Source of the DNA: a virus
DNA: 64,000 nt
Virus record (IMG/VR): IMGVR_UViG_3300017917_003859
Location: 1 to 64,000 of that record
Reading direction: 5' to 3' (one strand)
Position numbers and translations under genes: made by a program
Notes under the pieces: model-generated
What the model was told of the DNA's origin: nothing
Seen by the model: only the letters and a program-made list of their open reading frames with translations
Databases searched by the model: none
In this document: one piece after another, positions 30,136 through 40,076 of the stretch
Numbering within the stretch: position 1 is the first letter of the stretch
How the letters are laid out: each line of letters begins with the position of its first letter

Positions 30136-30975
30136 ATGAACAAACTAAGAAATATTATTCGTGAAATAGTAGAAGCCGAATTAAATGAAATGGCTAGAAT
30201 ATCTACTAACATTACAATTGGAGATACTGAAAAATTAGCAGCTGCTAAAGAATTATACTCTGGCACTTGGATTGGAGATATGATTAAATTTGTTGAAGAA
30301 GCTGGAGAAAAAGGTATTCCCCAACCTGAATTAGCTAAAAAATTAGGAAAATCAGGTATGCAATCTATTAATCCAAAAATTCGTGATTTTGTAGAAGCCA
30401 ACATTTTCACCAAAGGTGAGTTATCTGTACCTAAAAAGGAAAAACCAGAATCAAGTGGTGTTAAAGGACGCCCAACATCAGAAAAAACATTGATTGCTAA
30501 AGCTGTTAATTCTAAATTAGAAGCTGATACTAATTATAAACCTACAGAAGATGAATTAGCGACATTAGGTCCTGAATTTATTGAAAAATTAAGAATGCGT
30601 GTTAAAGGTTTATTAAAACGTGGTCGTCCATTATCTCCTTCTAAAGCTAAAGATGGCATGACTGCTACTCCAAATCCTGTAGATAATGAAAAAGATACAA
30701 ATATGGATGGTGTTGTTGATGATGAAGATTTAGATGAATTTCTTGAAGAATCAAAATCATTAAATGAATCATTAAAAAATGACGATTTGATATATAATAG
30801 AATGTTAACAATTGATCAAGAACAGTTGGTATCATCAATATTAAATTTTGCTGAAACAAATCCTAAAATTAAATTAGTAGATTATTTAAATTCTGAATGG
30901 GGTTATGATGATGAAGATAAATCATTAAATGAATCATTTATTCGTATGCAAAAAATTGCAGGAATAGTTAAATAA
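30136..30975 (+). CDS. tagged winged-HTH / AT-hook-like DNA-binding protein
   Basis: LRNIIRE tag; GI.Q.ELAK.LGKS HTH; KGRP and KRGRP motifs; C-terminal RMQKIAGI. Confidence 0.6.
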   Translation: MNKLRNIIREIVEAELNEMARISTNITIGDTEKLAAAKELYSGTWIGDMIKFVEEAGEKGIPQPELAKKLGKSGMQSINPKIRDFVEANIFTKGELSVPKKEKPESSGVKGRPTSEKTLIAKAVNSKLEADTNYKPTEDELATLGPEFIEKLRMRVKGLLKRGRPLSPSKAKDGMTATPNPVDNEKDTNMDGVVDDEDLDEFLEESKSLNESLKNDDLIYNRMLTIDQEQLVSSILNFAETNPKIKLVDYLNSEWGYDDEDKSLNESFIRMQKIAGIVK

Positions 30976-30997
30976 ATATTTAATATAATTTTTTAAG

Positions 30998-31023
30998 AAG
31001 GCTTGGATTACCAAGCCTTTTTT
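30998..31023 (+). terminator. intrinsic terminator
   Basis: AAGGCTTGG-atta-CCAAGCCTT followed by a T tract. Confidence 0.85.
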
Positions 31024-31051
31024 GTTATTTTTACATTATAAATTATACAAT

Positions 31052-31273
31052 ATGGAATCTATCAAAAAAATTAAATCCCCAGACGGTACCATTCGTTATA
31101 TTAAAAATAGTAAACTCCATAACCCTGACGGGCCAGCACTAATTCATCCTGATGGTAAAGAGGAATATTATTTAAATGGTATTTTTTACACTAAAGATCA
31201 ACATAAAAAAGTTAAAAAAGATAGCACTGGGTTACCATTCTATAAAACATCTAGTGGAAAAATGAGACATTAA
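31052..31273 (+). CDS. small protein with LHN.DGPA repeat unit (start revised from 31022)
   Basis: LHNPDGPALIHPDGKEEYYLNG; preceded by CTTGG-N19-TATTTTTA (31002-31033). Confidence 0.6.
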   Translation: MESIKKIKSPDGTIRYIKNSKLHNPDGPALIHPDGKEEYYLNGIFYTKDQHKKVKKDSTGLPFYKTSSGKMRH

Positions 31274-31297
31274 AATTAATAATAAAATAAATAAATT

Positions 31298-31828
31298 ATG
31301 CGTATAGGTTTTACTGGAACTATGTCATGTGGGAAAACCACACTTGTTAACTCACTCAAAGAACTCCCAGAATTTAAAAATTATGATTTTGCTACAGAAC
31401 GTAGTAAATACTTACGTGATTTAGGTATTCCATTGAATACCGATAGTACTTTAAAAGGTCAAACAATATTCCTTGCTGAACGAGCTAGTGAATTAATTAA
31501 ACATAATATATTAACTGATAGAACAGTTATAGATGTTATAGCATTTACATTAAATGCCCAATCAATAGATAAAATTGATAAAAATAATTTTGAATACTTT
31601 GCATCATCGTTCATACCAGAATATGATTGGATATTTTATGTAAGCCCAGCTGGGGTAGAACTAGAAGACAATAATGTTCGTACTACTGATTCTGATTATA
31701 GAACTCAAATAGATACTACTATAAAATATTTATGTTCTCAATATCTTTATAAAATTAAAAATTTTGGAATTATATCGGGAACTACTGAGAATAGAATAAA
31801 TCAAATAAAATCTTATTTAAATTTATAA
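31298..31828 (+). CDS. NadR/AAA_28-like P-loop nucleotide kinase
   Basis: RIGFTGTMSCGKTTL Walker A; TDR..ID; EDN.VR. Confidence 0.8.
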   Translation: MRIGFTGTMSCGKTTLVNSLKELPEFKNYDFATERSKYLRDLGIPLNTDSTLKGQTIFLAERASELIKHNILTDRTVIDVIAFTLNAQSIDKIDKNNFEYFASSFIPEYDWIFYVSPAGVELEDNNVRTTDSDYRTQIDTTIKYLCSQYLYKIKNFGIISGTTENRINQIKSYLNL

Positions 31829-31841
31829 TATTTATAATAAA
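31827..31841 (+). promoter_or_regulatory. putative late promoter AATATTTATAATAAA
   Basis: Exact consensus, 8 nt before the ATG. Confidence 0.65.
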
Positions 31842-31849
31842 ACCTTATA

Positions 31850-32722
31850 ATGAAACGTAAAGATTTATATCAATACATCCGCCAAGAAATAATCAATGAA
31901 TTATCTGAAACTACATACGCTGGCAAAGACTCAGTACAAAAAATTCAGAAAGACCCTAAATTTAATACATTAAAGTCTGATGCTAAAGCTAATGCTATTA
32001 GTGATTTAAAAGCAGGAGGTGATGTAGAGTTAGAAGAAATGGCTCGTACCCCAAATAATATCAAACTTGGAGACCCAGCCAAAATAGCACTAGCACGAAA
32101 ATTATATGCTGGTACTTGGAAAGAAGATTTATTAAATGTTGTAGAAAAAGCAGGTGAAGAAGGAATTTCTCAACTAGAATTAGCTAAAGCTGTAGGTAAA
32201 TCTAGCCAACCAGCAATTAATCCATCTGTAAATGAATTTCTTAAAATCGGAGCGTTTGCTCTAGTAAAATCATCAATATCACCTACAGTAGAACCTACTC
32301 CAATTGAAGAACCAGAATTGGAATTGGAACCAGAAATTGAGCCTGAAAAAGTAGAACCGGCCGATGAAGATGAAGAAGATGTTGAAGTAAAAGATGATTG
32401 GGAAAAATCGGAAGAGGAAGAAGAACCAGCAGAAGAAGAACCTAAAACAGCTGATATAAAAGCAGATGATAAAGAAATTGAAAAAATCTCAGGTGGTTCA
32501 ACTTATGCCCAAAAGTTATCTTCTGAAGATGAAGAAAAATATAATAAACTTAAGAAAGGTATAGAAAATAAAGTTAATAAGTTATCACAAATGTCTAAAG
32601 ACAATCGTGAAGCTTCTGATGATCTTAAGATTTTAAAACAACTAATTGCTAGAGATGATGTTAAAAAATTATTTAAAGCAAAGGGTGTAAGTTTAAAAGA
32701 CCTTACTTCAAGCATTTTCTAA
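31850..32722 (+). CDS. tagged winged-HTH protein, paralog of 30136..30975
   Basis: Shared EMAR...LY.GTW...VE.AGE.GI.Q.ELAK..GKS...INP domain. Confidence 0.6.
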   Translation: MKRKDLYQYIRQEIINELSETTYAGKDSVQKIQKDPKFNTLKSDAKANAISDLKAGGDVELEEMARTPNNIKLGDPAKIALARKLYAGTWKEDLLNVVEKAGEEGISQLELAKAVGKSSQPAINPSVNEFLKIGAFALVKSSISPTVEPTPIEEPELELEPEIEPEKVEPADEDEEDVEVKDDWEKSEEEEEPAEEEPKTADIKADDKEIEKISGGSTYAQKLSSEDEEKYNKLKKGIENKVNKLSQMSKDNREASDDLKILKQLIARDDVKKLFKAKGVSLKDLTSSIF

Positions 32723-32723
32723 T

Positions 32724-33326
32724 ATGAAATGGGTAAAAGATAATTTTTTATTTATTATTATATTAGTTCTAATCGTAATTATATTAATGCAACGATGCGG
32801 AAATGGTATTGATTTAGCTAATTTATTTAATAATAAACCATCTGCTGATACTATTATAAAAACAGATACTACATTTGTTACAATTACTAAAGAAATCCCA
32901 ACATATATTCCTAAATGGAATACTAAAGTAGAACATGATATAATTTTTGATACAATTACCAAAATAGATACAACATATGTTTTAGGAGATTATTTTGCAA
33001 CTTATGTGTATAATGATACTATAAAAAAGGATACAATTACTATTTATATTAATGATTCTATTCATAAAAATAAAATTAAAAATAGAAATGTAAAGTATAA
33101 ATTATTATATTCTACTATATCTACTACAAATACTATAATTCAAAATAAACATGAATTTTATGTAGGTCCTAAATTAGTAGGAAGTAATAAGGGAATTAAT
33201 TTTTTTGGTCCTGAGGTGCTTTGGAGAACTAAAAATAAACAAGTATATAGTTTAGGAATTGGAATAGACGGGAATTTACAACCAAATTTAAGTTTAAGTA
33301 CCTATTGGAAAATAGGTAAAAAATAA
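32724..33326 (+). CDS. membrane-anchored protein with DT-rich stalk and C-terminal beta strands
   Basis: N-terminal TM ending in QRC; seven D-(T/S)-(I/T) tripeptides; amphipathic strands ending YWKIGKK. Confidence 0.6.
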   Translation: MKWVKDNFLFIIILVLIVIILMQRCGNGIDLANLFNNKPSADTIIKTDTTFVTITKEIPTYIPKWNTKVEHDIIFDTITKIDTTYVLGDYFATYVYNDTIKKDTITIYINDSIHKNKIKNRNVKYKLLYSTISTTNTIIQNKHEFYVGPKLVGSNKGINFFGPEVLWRTKNKQVYSLGIGIDGNLQPNLSLSTYWKIGKK

Positions 33327-34897
33327 TGTCACAAGATCTTAAACAAATAATAAGAGAAGAGTATATTAAATGTGCTCAAGACCCTGCGCATTTTATGCGC
33401 AAATACTGTTACATCCAACATCCTCAACGTGGACGAGTAATATTTAATTTATACCCATTCCAGGGTAAAGTATTAAATTTATGGAAAGATAATCCATACT
33501 CTATAGTACTTAAATCTCGCCAGTTAGGTATATCAACTTTAGCAGCAGGTTATTCTTTATGGTTAATGATATTCCATAAAGATAAAAACGTATTGTGTTT
33601 AGCTACTAAACAAGAAACAGCCAAGAATATGGTTACTAAGGTAAAATTCATGTATGATAATTTACCTTCATGGCTAAAAGTACCTGCAGACGAAAACAAT
33701 AAACTTACATTAAGATTATCAAATGGATCCCAAATCAAAGCAGTATCAGCAGCAGGTGATGCAGGTCGATCTGAAGCAGTATCTTTACTTATAATAGATG
33801 AGGCTGCGTTTATTGACAATATTGGAGAAATATGGGCTTCTGCTCAACAAACTTTAGCAACTGGTGGTGGTGCAATTGTATTATCTACACCTTATGGTAC
33901 TGGTAATTGGTTTCACCAAACATGGGTTAAAGCTGAAACCAGTGAAAATGATTTTCTTCCTATTAAATTACCTTGGTTTGTACATCCTGAACGAGATGAT
34001 GCTTGGAGAAAACGACAAGATGAACTATTGGGTGATCCTAGATTAGCGGCTCAAGAATGTGATTGTAACTTTACCACTTCAGGAGATACAGTTTATTATC
34101 CTGAACATTTAGAATATTATCTTACTACACACATTTGTGAACCAGTAGAACGTAGAGGAGTAGACAAAAATCTTTGGATTTGGGAATCTCCAGACTATAC
34201 TAGAAATTACATGGTTGTAGCTGACGTAGCTAGGGGTGATGGAAAAGATTTTTCTGCATTTCATGTATTTGATTTAGAAACTAATGCTCAAGTAGCAGAA
34301 TATAAAGGACAAATAACCCCTAAAGAATTCGGTTATATGTTAGTAGGTATTGCTACAGAATATAATGAAGCGTTATTAGTACCTGAAAATGCCAATATAG
34401 GATGGGCTACAATTGATGCTATACAAGAAAGAGGATATAGAAATTTATATTATTCACCTAAAAGTGACTCCTCAACTTCAGATTCGTATTTTAACAAATA
34501 TGAAGATCATTCCAAAATGACCCCAGGTTTTACTATGTCTTTAAGAACTCGTCCATTAGTAATAAATAAAGGAAGAGAATATTTAGGAGACCATAGTGTT
34601 ATTATTCGTTCAAAACGTTTAATAGAAGAAATGAAAGTATTTGTTTGGAAAAATGGTAGAGCAGAAGCACAATCAGGATATAATGATGATTTAGTTATGC
34701 CTTTTAGTGTGGCTATGTATTTACGAGATACTTCACTTAAATTTAAATCTCAAGGAATTGAATTAGCAAAAGCAACAATAAATAATATATCAAGACCTTC
34801 TCAATATCAAGGAGCTTATTTTTCTTCAGGTAAAGATAACCCATATCATATACCTACAGGAAATAATCAAAATGAAGATATTAGATGGTTATTTTAA
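33326..34897 (+). CDS. terminase large subunit, T4 gp17-like
   Basis: EYIKC..DP..F; KSRQLGIST Walker A; LIIDEAAF Walker B; STP.G; ADVARG.G.D; NDDLVM. Confidence 0.95.
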   Translation: MSQDLKQIIREEYIKCAQDPAHFMRKYCYIQHPQRGRVIFNLYPFQGKVLNLWKDNPYSIVLKSRQLGISTLAAGYSLWLMIFHKDKNVLCLATKQETAKNMVTKVKFMYDNLPSWLKVPADENNKLTLRLSNGSQIKAVSAAGDAGRSEAVSLLIIDEAAFIDNIGEIWASAQQTLATGGGAIVLSTPYGTGNWFHQTWVKAETSENDFLPIKLPWFVHPERDDAWRKRQDELLGDPRLAAQECDCNFTTSGDTVYYPEHLEYYLTTHICEPVERRGVDKNLWIWESPDYTRNYMVVADVARGDGKDFSAFHVFDLETNAQVAEYKGQITPKEFGYMLVGIATEYNEALLVPENANIGWATIDAIQERGYRNLYYSPKSDSSTSDSYFNKYEDHSKMTPGFTMSLRTRPLVINKGREYLGDHSVIIRSKRLIEEMKVFVWKNGRAEAQSGYNDDLVMPFSVAMYLRDTSLKFKSQGIELAKATINNISRPSQYQGAYFSSGKDNPYHIPTGNNQNEDIRWLF

Positions 34898-34907
34898 ATA
34901 AAAAACA

Positions 34908-36767
34908 ATGGCGGATACGAATATATTTAATAGATTAAAACGATTATTTTCCACAGATGTTATTATCAGAAATGATGGTGGAAATCAGGTTAAGGTAATG
35001 GATGTTAATTCCATTCAACGTAGTGGTGAATATCAAACTAATTCTTTAAATGATAGATTTACTAGAATTTATTCTCAAAACGCTACATCTCTTTATGGTC
35101 AACAATTAAATGTTAACTACCAGTATTTAAGAGCCCAATTATATTCAGATTATGATGTTATGGATACAGACGCTATTGTAGCATCTGCTTTAGATATTAT
35201 TTCTGATGAATGTACTTTAAAAAACGAAATGGGAGAAATACTCCAAATTCGTAGTTCTGATGAAGATCTTCAAAAAATTCTTTATAATTTATTTTATGAT
35301 GTTTTAAATATTGAATTTAATCTTTGGTCATGGACTAGACAAATGTGTAAATATGGTGACTTTTTCTTAAAACTAGAAATAGCAGAAAAATTTGGTGTAT
35401 ATAATGTAATACCTTATACTGCATACCATATAATGCGTCAAGAAAACTATGACCCAAATTTACCCGCAGCAGTAAGATTTAGATTTAGTCCTGATGGTTA
35501 TGTAGGTGGTACAGGACAATATTTTGTTCCTAATCAATATTCCAAAACAGAAAACGGAATATATTTTGATAATTACGAAATGGCTCATTTCCGTTTATTA
35601 ACTGATGTAAACTATTTACCATATGGCCGTTCTTATATAGAACCAGCTCGTAAATTATTTAAACAATACACATTAATGGAGGATGCTATGTTAATTCATA
35701 GAATATCTAGAGCACCAGAAAAACGTGTTTTTTATATCAATGTAGGTTCTATTCCTCCTAATGAAGTGGAGAATTTCATGCAAAAAACTATTAATACCAT
35801 GAAAAAAACTCCATACATAGATCAACAAACTGGTGAATATAATCTTAAGTATAACATGCAAAATATGTTAGAAGATTTTTATATTCCTGTTCGTGGTAAT
35901 GACACAACTACTAAAATTGAAACTACTAAAGGTTTAGAGTATAATGGTATTGAAGATGTTAATTATTTAAGAGATAAATTGTTTGCTGCACTTAAAATAC
36001 CTAAAGCTTTTATGGGTTATGAGAAAGATTTAAGTGGTAAAGCAACATTAGCTGCTGAAGATATTCGTTTTGCTCGCACTATTGATAGAATCCAGCGTAT
36101 TATGTTGTCTGAGTTGTATAAAATTGCTTTAGTACATTTGTATACTCAAGGATATAAAGGAGAATCTTTAACAAATTTTGAACTTTCATTAACTACTCCA
36201 TCAATTATATACGATCAAGAACGTATTGCTTTAATGAAAGAAAAGGTTGATTTAGCCAAAAACATAATGGAGGCCCAATTATTACCCACAGATTGGATTT
36301 ATCACAATATCTTCCACTTCAGTGAAGATCAATTCGATGAATACAGAGATTTAATTTTACAAGATTCTAAACGTAAATTCCGTTTATCTCAAATAGTTGA
36401 AGAAGGAAATGATCCATTAGAAACTGGCCGTTCATATGGTACTCCACATGATTTAGCATCATTGTATGGTAAAGGTAGAACTATGTCAGATCCAGGAAAT
36501 GTTCCTGATGGGTATAATGGAGATGTTAAATTAGGTAGACCTTTTGAAAAAGTATCTAATATTAATACACAACAAAACGCATTTGGTAGAGATAGATTAG
36601 GTAAAAAAGATATGAAAATAGATGATCAACCTGATTATAATTCTAAATCATTAAATGAAAATTATTTAAAAAATAAACAATTTTTAAATGAAATTGAAAA
36701 AAAATTGGTTTTTACTACAGATAAATCAAAAGAATCATTACTTGATGAAAATCAATTGAAAGACTAA
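34908..36767 (+). CDS. portal protein, T4 gp20-like
   Basis: LMEDAMLIHRISRAPEKRVFYINVG; LEDFY.P.RG; IET..G; ALKIPK. Confidence 0.95.
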   Translation: MADTNIFNRLKRLFSTDVIIRNDGGNQVKVMDVNSIQRSGEYQTNSLNDRFTRIYSQNATSLYGQQLNVNYQYLRAQLYSDYDVMDTDAIVASALDIISDECTLKNEMGEILQIRSSDEDLQKILYNLFYDVLNIEFNLWSWTRQMCKYGDFFLKLEIAEKFGVYNVIPYTAYHIMRQENYDPNLPAAVRFRFSPDGYVGGTGQYFVPNQYSKTENGIYFDNYEMAHFRLLTDVNYLPYGRSYIEPARKLFKQYTLMEDAMLIHRISRAPEKRVFYINVGSIPPNEVENFMQKTINTMKKTPYIDQQTGEYNLKYNMQNMLEDFYIPVRGNDTTTKIETTKGLEYNGIEDVNYLRDKLFAALKIPKAFMGYEKDLSGKATLAAEDIRFARTIDRIQRIMLSELYKIALVHLYTQGYKGESLTNFELSLTTPSIIYDQERIALMKEKVDLAKNIMEAQLLPTDWIYHNIFHFSEDQFDEYRDLILQDSKRKFRLSQIVEEGNDPLETGRSYGTPHDLASLYGKGRTMSDPGNVPDGYNGDVKLGRPFEKVSNINTQQNAFGRDRLGKKDMKIDDQPDYNSKSLNENYLKNKQFLNEIEKKLVFTTDKSKESLLDENQLKD

Positions 36768-36777
36768 TATATTCCTA

Positions 36778-36792
36778 TATATTTATAATAAA
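36778..36792 (+). promoter_or_regulatory. putative late promoter TATATTTATAATAAA
   Basis: Consensus copy between the portal and the next gene. Confidence 0.65.
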
Positions 36793-36802
36793 ACCTGTAT
36801 AG

Positions 36803-37663
36803 ATGTTAATAAAACATTCAAAATTTAAAAACACCAGTATATTATTTGAGTTACTAGTAAGACAAATAACAACTGATACTTTATCTGGTAAAAATTCAGA
36901 AGCAACTGATATACTAAAAAAATATTTTAGTAAAACTGAATTGGGTCGTGAATATAAATTATATGAAACTTTACTTAAACGTACTAATTTATCTGAAGGT
37001 AAAGCTGAAATAATAATCAATACTGTACTTGAAGGTGCTAAACAATTAAATAAATCAGCACTTAAACGACAAAAATATAATTTAATTAAAGAAATTAAAA
37101 ATCATTATGATTTAGAAAAATTCTTTAAAACTAAATTACCCCACTATAAGACACAGGCTGCTATATATAATTTATTAGAATCAATAGACCGCAAACCTTT
37201 ACTTACTGAACAAATTATTTCAAATAAAATAACAATTTTAGAACATTTAACTTCAACCTCAACTGAAAAAAATAAAGAAAAAGCTCCTGAAGTAATAAAT
37301 GAATTTACTAAATTTGATAAGGGAACTCGCAATTTAGCTTATAAAATTTTATTAGAAAAATTTAATGAAAAATATTCTAATTTTACTAACAATCAAAAAT
37401 TAATTTTAAAAGAATTTATCAATAGTGTAGATAATAATGCTAAATTAAAAGAATTTTATAATATTAAAATTAATGAAATAAAGAAAGATTTAATTTTATT
37501 AAATAAAACTACTTCTAATAAAGTTACTAAAATTAAAATTAATGAAATAGTTAATTTATTAGTTGAATTAAATAAAACTGATAAAGTAAGTAATGATCAT
37601 ATGATTAATTTACTTCAATATTGTGATTTAATTGAAGAATTAAAAAAAATAAATGGAAAGTAA
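36803..37663 (+). CDS. conserved head-module protein, unknown function
   Basis: IKHSK.KNT.ILFELLVRQ N-terminus; located between portal and protease. Confidence 0.6.
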   Translation: MLIKHSKFKNTSILFELLVRQITTDTLSGKNSEATDILKKYFSKTELGREYKLYETLLKRTNLSEGKAEIIINTVLEGAKQLNKSALKRQKYNLIKEIKNHYDLEKFFKTKLPHYKTQAAIYNLLESIDRKPLLTEQIISNKITILEHLTSTSTEKNKEKAPEVINEFTKFDKGTRNLAYKILLEKFNEKYSNFTNNQKLILKEFINSVDNNAKLKEFYNIKINEIKKDLILLNKTTSNKVTKIKINEIVNLLVELNKTDKVSNDHMINLLQYCDLIEELKKINGK

Positions 37664-38441
37664 TAACCCAAATACCCCTAAATTTACCGTTGATCCTGAA
37701 ACTGGAAAAGTAGATTATGGTATTTATCATAATTTAATTAAAGTTTGGAAAGAATTTCTTATTTTTTATAGAGATACTTTTTTAAAAAACGAAAATGTTT
37801 TAGATAAAAATGATCCTAAATTTAATGAGATATTTAATGATTCTAAAAAACTTTATAATAAATTTATTAGTCATTTAAAATCTAATTATCCAAAAGATTA
37901 CGAAAATATAAAACTTATCATCAGTAAACAAATTAAAGAAATTATACAAGCTTCTTTAAAAGAAATGAGTGCTACAGGTGCAGGTTCAGGAGCAGCAACT
38001 TTCACTCCAGGCACTGGTGCTCAATATGCTACACCGTATGCTTTTAATCCAAATAAAAAAGCAAAAGGAGCTCAAAATATTTACTATTATAAACTGGGAT
38101 GGAAACCAGTACCTGCTGAAGAATTACATAAACAATCTAAAGTTATAGACCATAAAGATTTATGGAAGAAAAAATTAAAAGAATCTAGTGAATCTTCTCA
38201 ATCATATTTAAATACATTAAATTTACAAGATCCATCTTTAAAACAGTTTGTAGAAACTCGAGTTACGGATTTTGATAAAATAGAAGATAAATTAAATACT
38301 TTACTCCCATTGTTAAAAGATGCTAAAAAAGAAACAATGGAATATTATAAAAATAATCCTGAATTTAAAATAAAATATGGGACTGATTTAGCATTAGATT
38401 ATTTAAATGACCTAATAACATTATTTAAAGAGAAAAAATGA
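37653..38441 (+). CDS. modular hypothetical head-module protein
   Basis: Modules separated by SLKE|MSATG...YATPYAF and KLKE. Confidence 0.55.
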   Translation: MESNNPNTPKFTVDPETGKVDYGIYHNLIKVWKEFLIFYRDTFLKNENVLDKNDPKFNEIFNDSKKLYNKFISHLKSNYPKDYENIKLIISKQIKEIIQASLKEMSATGAGSGAATFTPGTGAQYATPYAFNPNKKAKGAQNIYYYKLGWKPVPAEELHKQSKVIDHKDLWKKKLKESSESSQSYLNTLNLQDPSLKQFVETRVTDFDKIEDKLNTLLPLLKDAKKETMEYYKNNPEFKIKYGTDLALDYLNDLITLFKEKK

Positions 38442-40075
38442 AAACATTACAAGAACACTACAACGCTATCAAATCCGGAAAAGGCGGAAATAAAACTCAA
38501 TTTTTAAAACACGCACGTCAACTTTTCCCAGAATATATCAATCAATATTTTGATTTTGATACAGCAACTAACGTATTAAAATCTAAACAAATTATTAGTG
38601 AAGCAGCAGCTGGTGGTGTTGTTTCTAAAGGATTTGATATTTTTGATTGGAAAAAGATTTTAGCTGAAGAAGTAAAATCAATAGAAAAAGAAACATCTAA
38701 AGAAGTTACAGATAAGCAATCACATTCATATGATAATAAAGATATGAAAAATGCTGACAATATTAACTTTAATGAAATCATGAAAGGTTTTTATTGTGAA
38801 TTACGCAATGAAAAAAATGCTGGTAAAACAGGTGATGAATTAAAAGATATTGTAGTTAAAAATTTAGCTAAAGATCCTTTATATTATACTAAAAATGGTG
38901 AATTTGGAACTGAAGGTGTAGGATACACTGATGAAGCTCCAGGTTTAGGTAAGCCCAAAGAACCAAAAGGCAAACATAAATCCTCAGGATATGGTGATCT
39001 AGATACTGATAAAAAAGAAGAGAAAGTAAAGTCAAATGTTCAAGACTCATTAGGTGATAAAGAAGCAAAAACTTCAATGCCTAAAAAAGTTAAAGAAATG
39101 CCTGTAGCTCCTCAAAACGCTTCTGGTGTTAAAAAAATGGCTATGCCTGGCAAAGAAAAAAAAATTAAATTAAAGGAAGGATTTGAATATTCATTTAGTG
39201 AATATGATTTTGAGATTCCTGATAATATGAAAGAATATATTAAAACTAAAATTAAAACCAAATTTCCTGATATATCTGATAAAAGTATTGACTCATATAT
39301 AGAAAATACTGAAAACTACTATTATTCTGAAGCTCGAAAAGAAAATAAACGAGGCAGAGAATATCCATCTGTAAGCGCTGATGATATAGTAGATTTGATT
39401 ATTGCTTATATTGAAGATATAGAATTAAAGGAAGGTATAGGAATGTTTCATGACCCTATAGGATATAAAAAACCTGAATTAAGTGATATAGATAAAATGT
39501 TCACTAAAGAGTATAAAGGTAATGGCATGTATGTGATTTATAAAAATGATAAAGAAGTCAAAACTATTGAAGGTGAAGGTAATGCTAATGCTTGGATAAA
39601 TAATGAAAAAAGAAAATTAAAAGAATCACTTAACGAAAATATCAATAAAAAATATACTCATTTTGCTATCCGTAAATCAGATGGTAAAATAGTAGAAGGA
39701 TGGGAAACAGTAAGTGATGTTGAAAGCTTAAAATATTATGCTAAGATGGATCTTAAAGATATATTTCCTGATTCTAAATTATCTGAATTTGTTATTGTTT
39801 CTAAAAAAGGATTAGAAAAAAAAGGAATTGATCCATTTGATTACAAAAATTGGTATTGGTATAAAAGTGGTGATTCTGTAAATGAAAATGAAGATGTTTA
39901 TCAACAACTTGAAGATCTTCAAAATGAATTAACAAAAGAAAAAGATCCTGAACGTAAAGCTGAACTTGAAAAAAAGATCAAAGCTTTAGAAGCAGGATTA
40001 AAAGAAAATATAAATGTTGGAGAATCAAAACTTCGTTCTATAATTCGTAATATTATTAAAGAAGAATTAAAATAA
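38438..40075 (+). CDS. putative internal head polyprotein
   Basis: Starts MKTLQE; modules separated by LKE/LNE; ends KLRSIIRNIIKEELK; abuts the protease gene. Confidence 0.6.
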   Translation: MKTLQEHYNAIKSGKGGNKTQFLKHARQLFPEYINQYFDFDTATNVLKSKQIISEAAAGGVVSKGFDIFDWKKILAEEVKSIEKETSKEVTDKQSHSYDNKDMKNADNINFNEIMKGFYCELRNEKNAGKTGDELKDIVVKNLAKDPLYYTKNGEFGTEGVGYTDEAPGLGKPKEPKGKHKSSGYGDLDTDKKEEKVKSNVQDSLGDKEAKTSMPKKVKEMPVAPQNASGVKKMAMPGKEKKIKLKEGFEYSFSEYDFEIPDNMKEYIKTKIKTKFPDISDKSIDSYIENTENYYYSEARKENKRGREYPSVSADDIVDLIIAYIEDIELKEGIGMFHDPIGYKKPELSDIDKMFTKEYKGNGMYVIYKNDKEVKTIEGEGNANAWINNEKRKLKESLNENINKKYTHFAIRKSDGKIVEGWETVSDVESLKYYAKMDLKDIFPDSKLSEFVIVSKKGLEKKGIDPFDYKNWYWYKSGDSVNENEDVYQQLEDLQNELTKEKDPERKAELEKKIKALEAGLKENINVGESKLRSIIRNIIKEELK

Positions 40076-40076
40076 T

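Noticed and set aside
33326-33370. Terminase N-terminus LKQIIREE as a cargo tag
   Set aside because: Overlaps the native EYIKC..DP helix of T4-like terminases; ambiguous, not counted, and a reminder that chance matches occur
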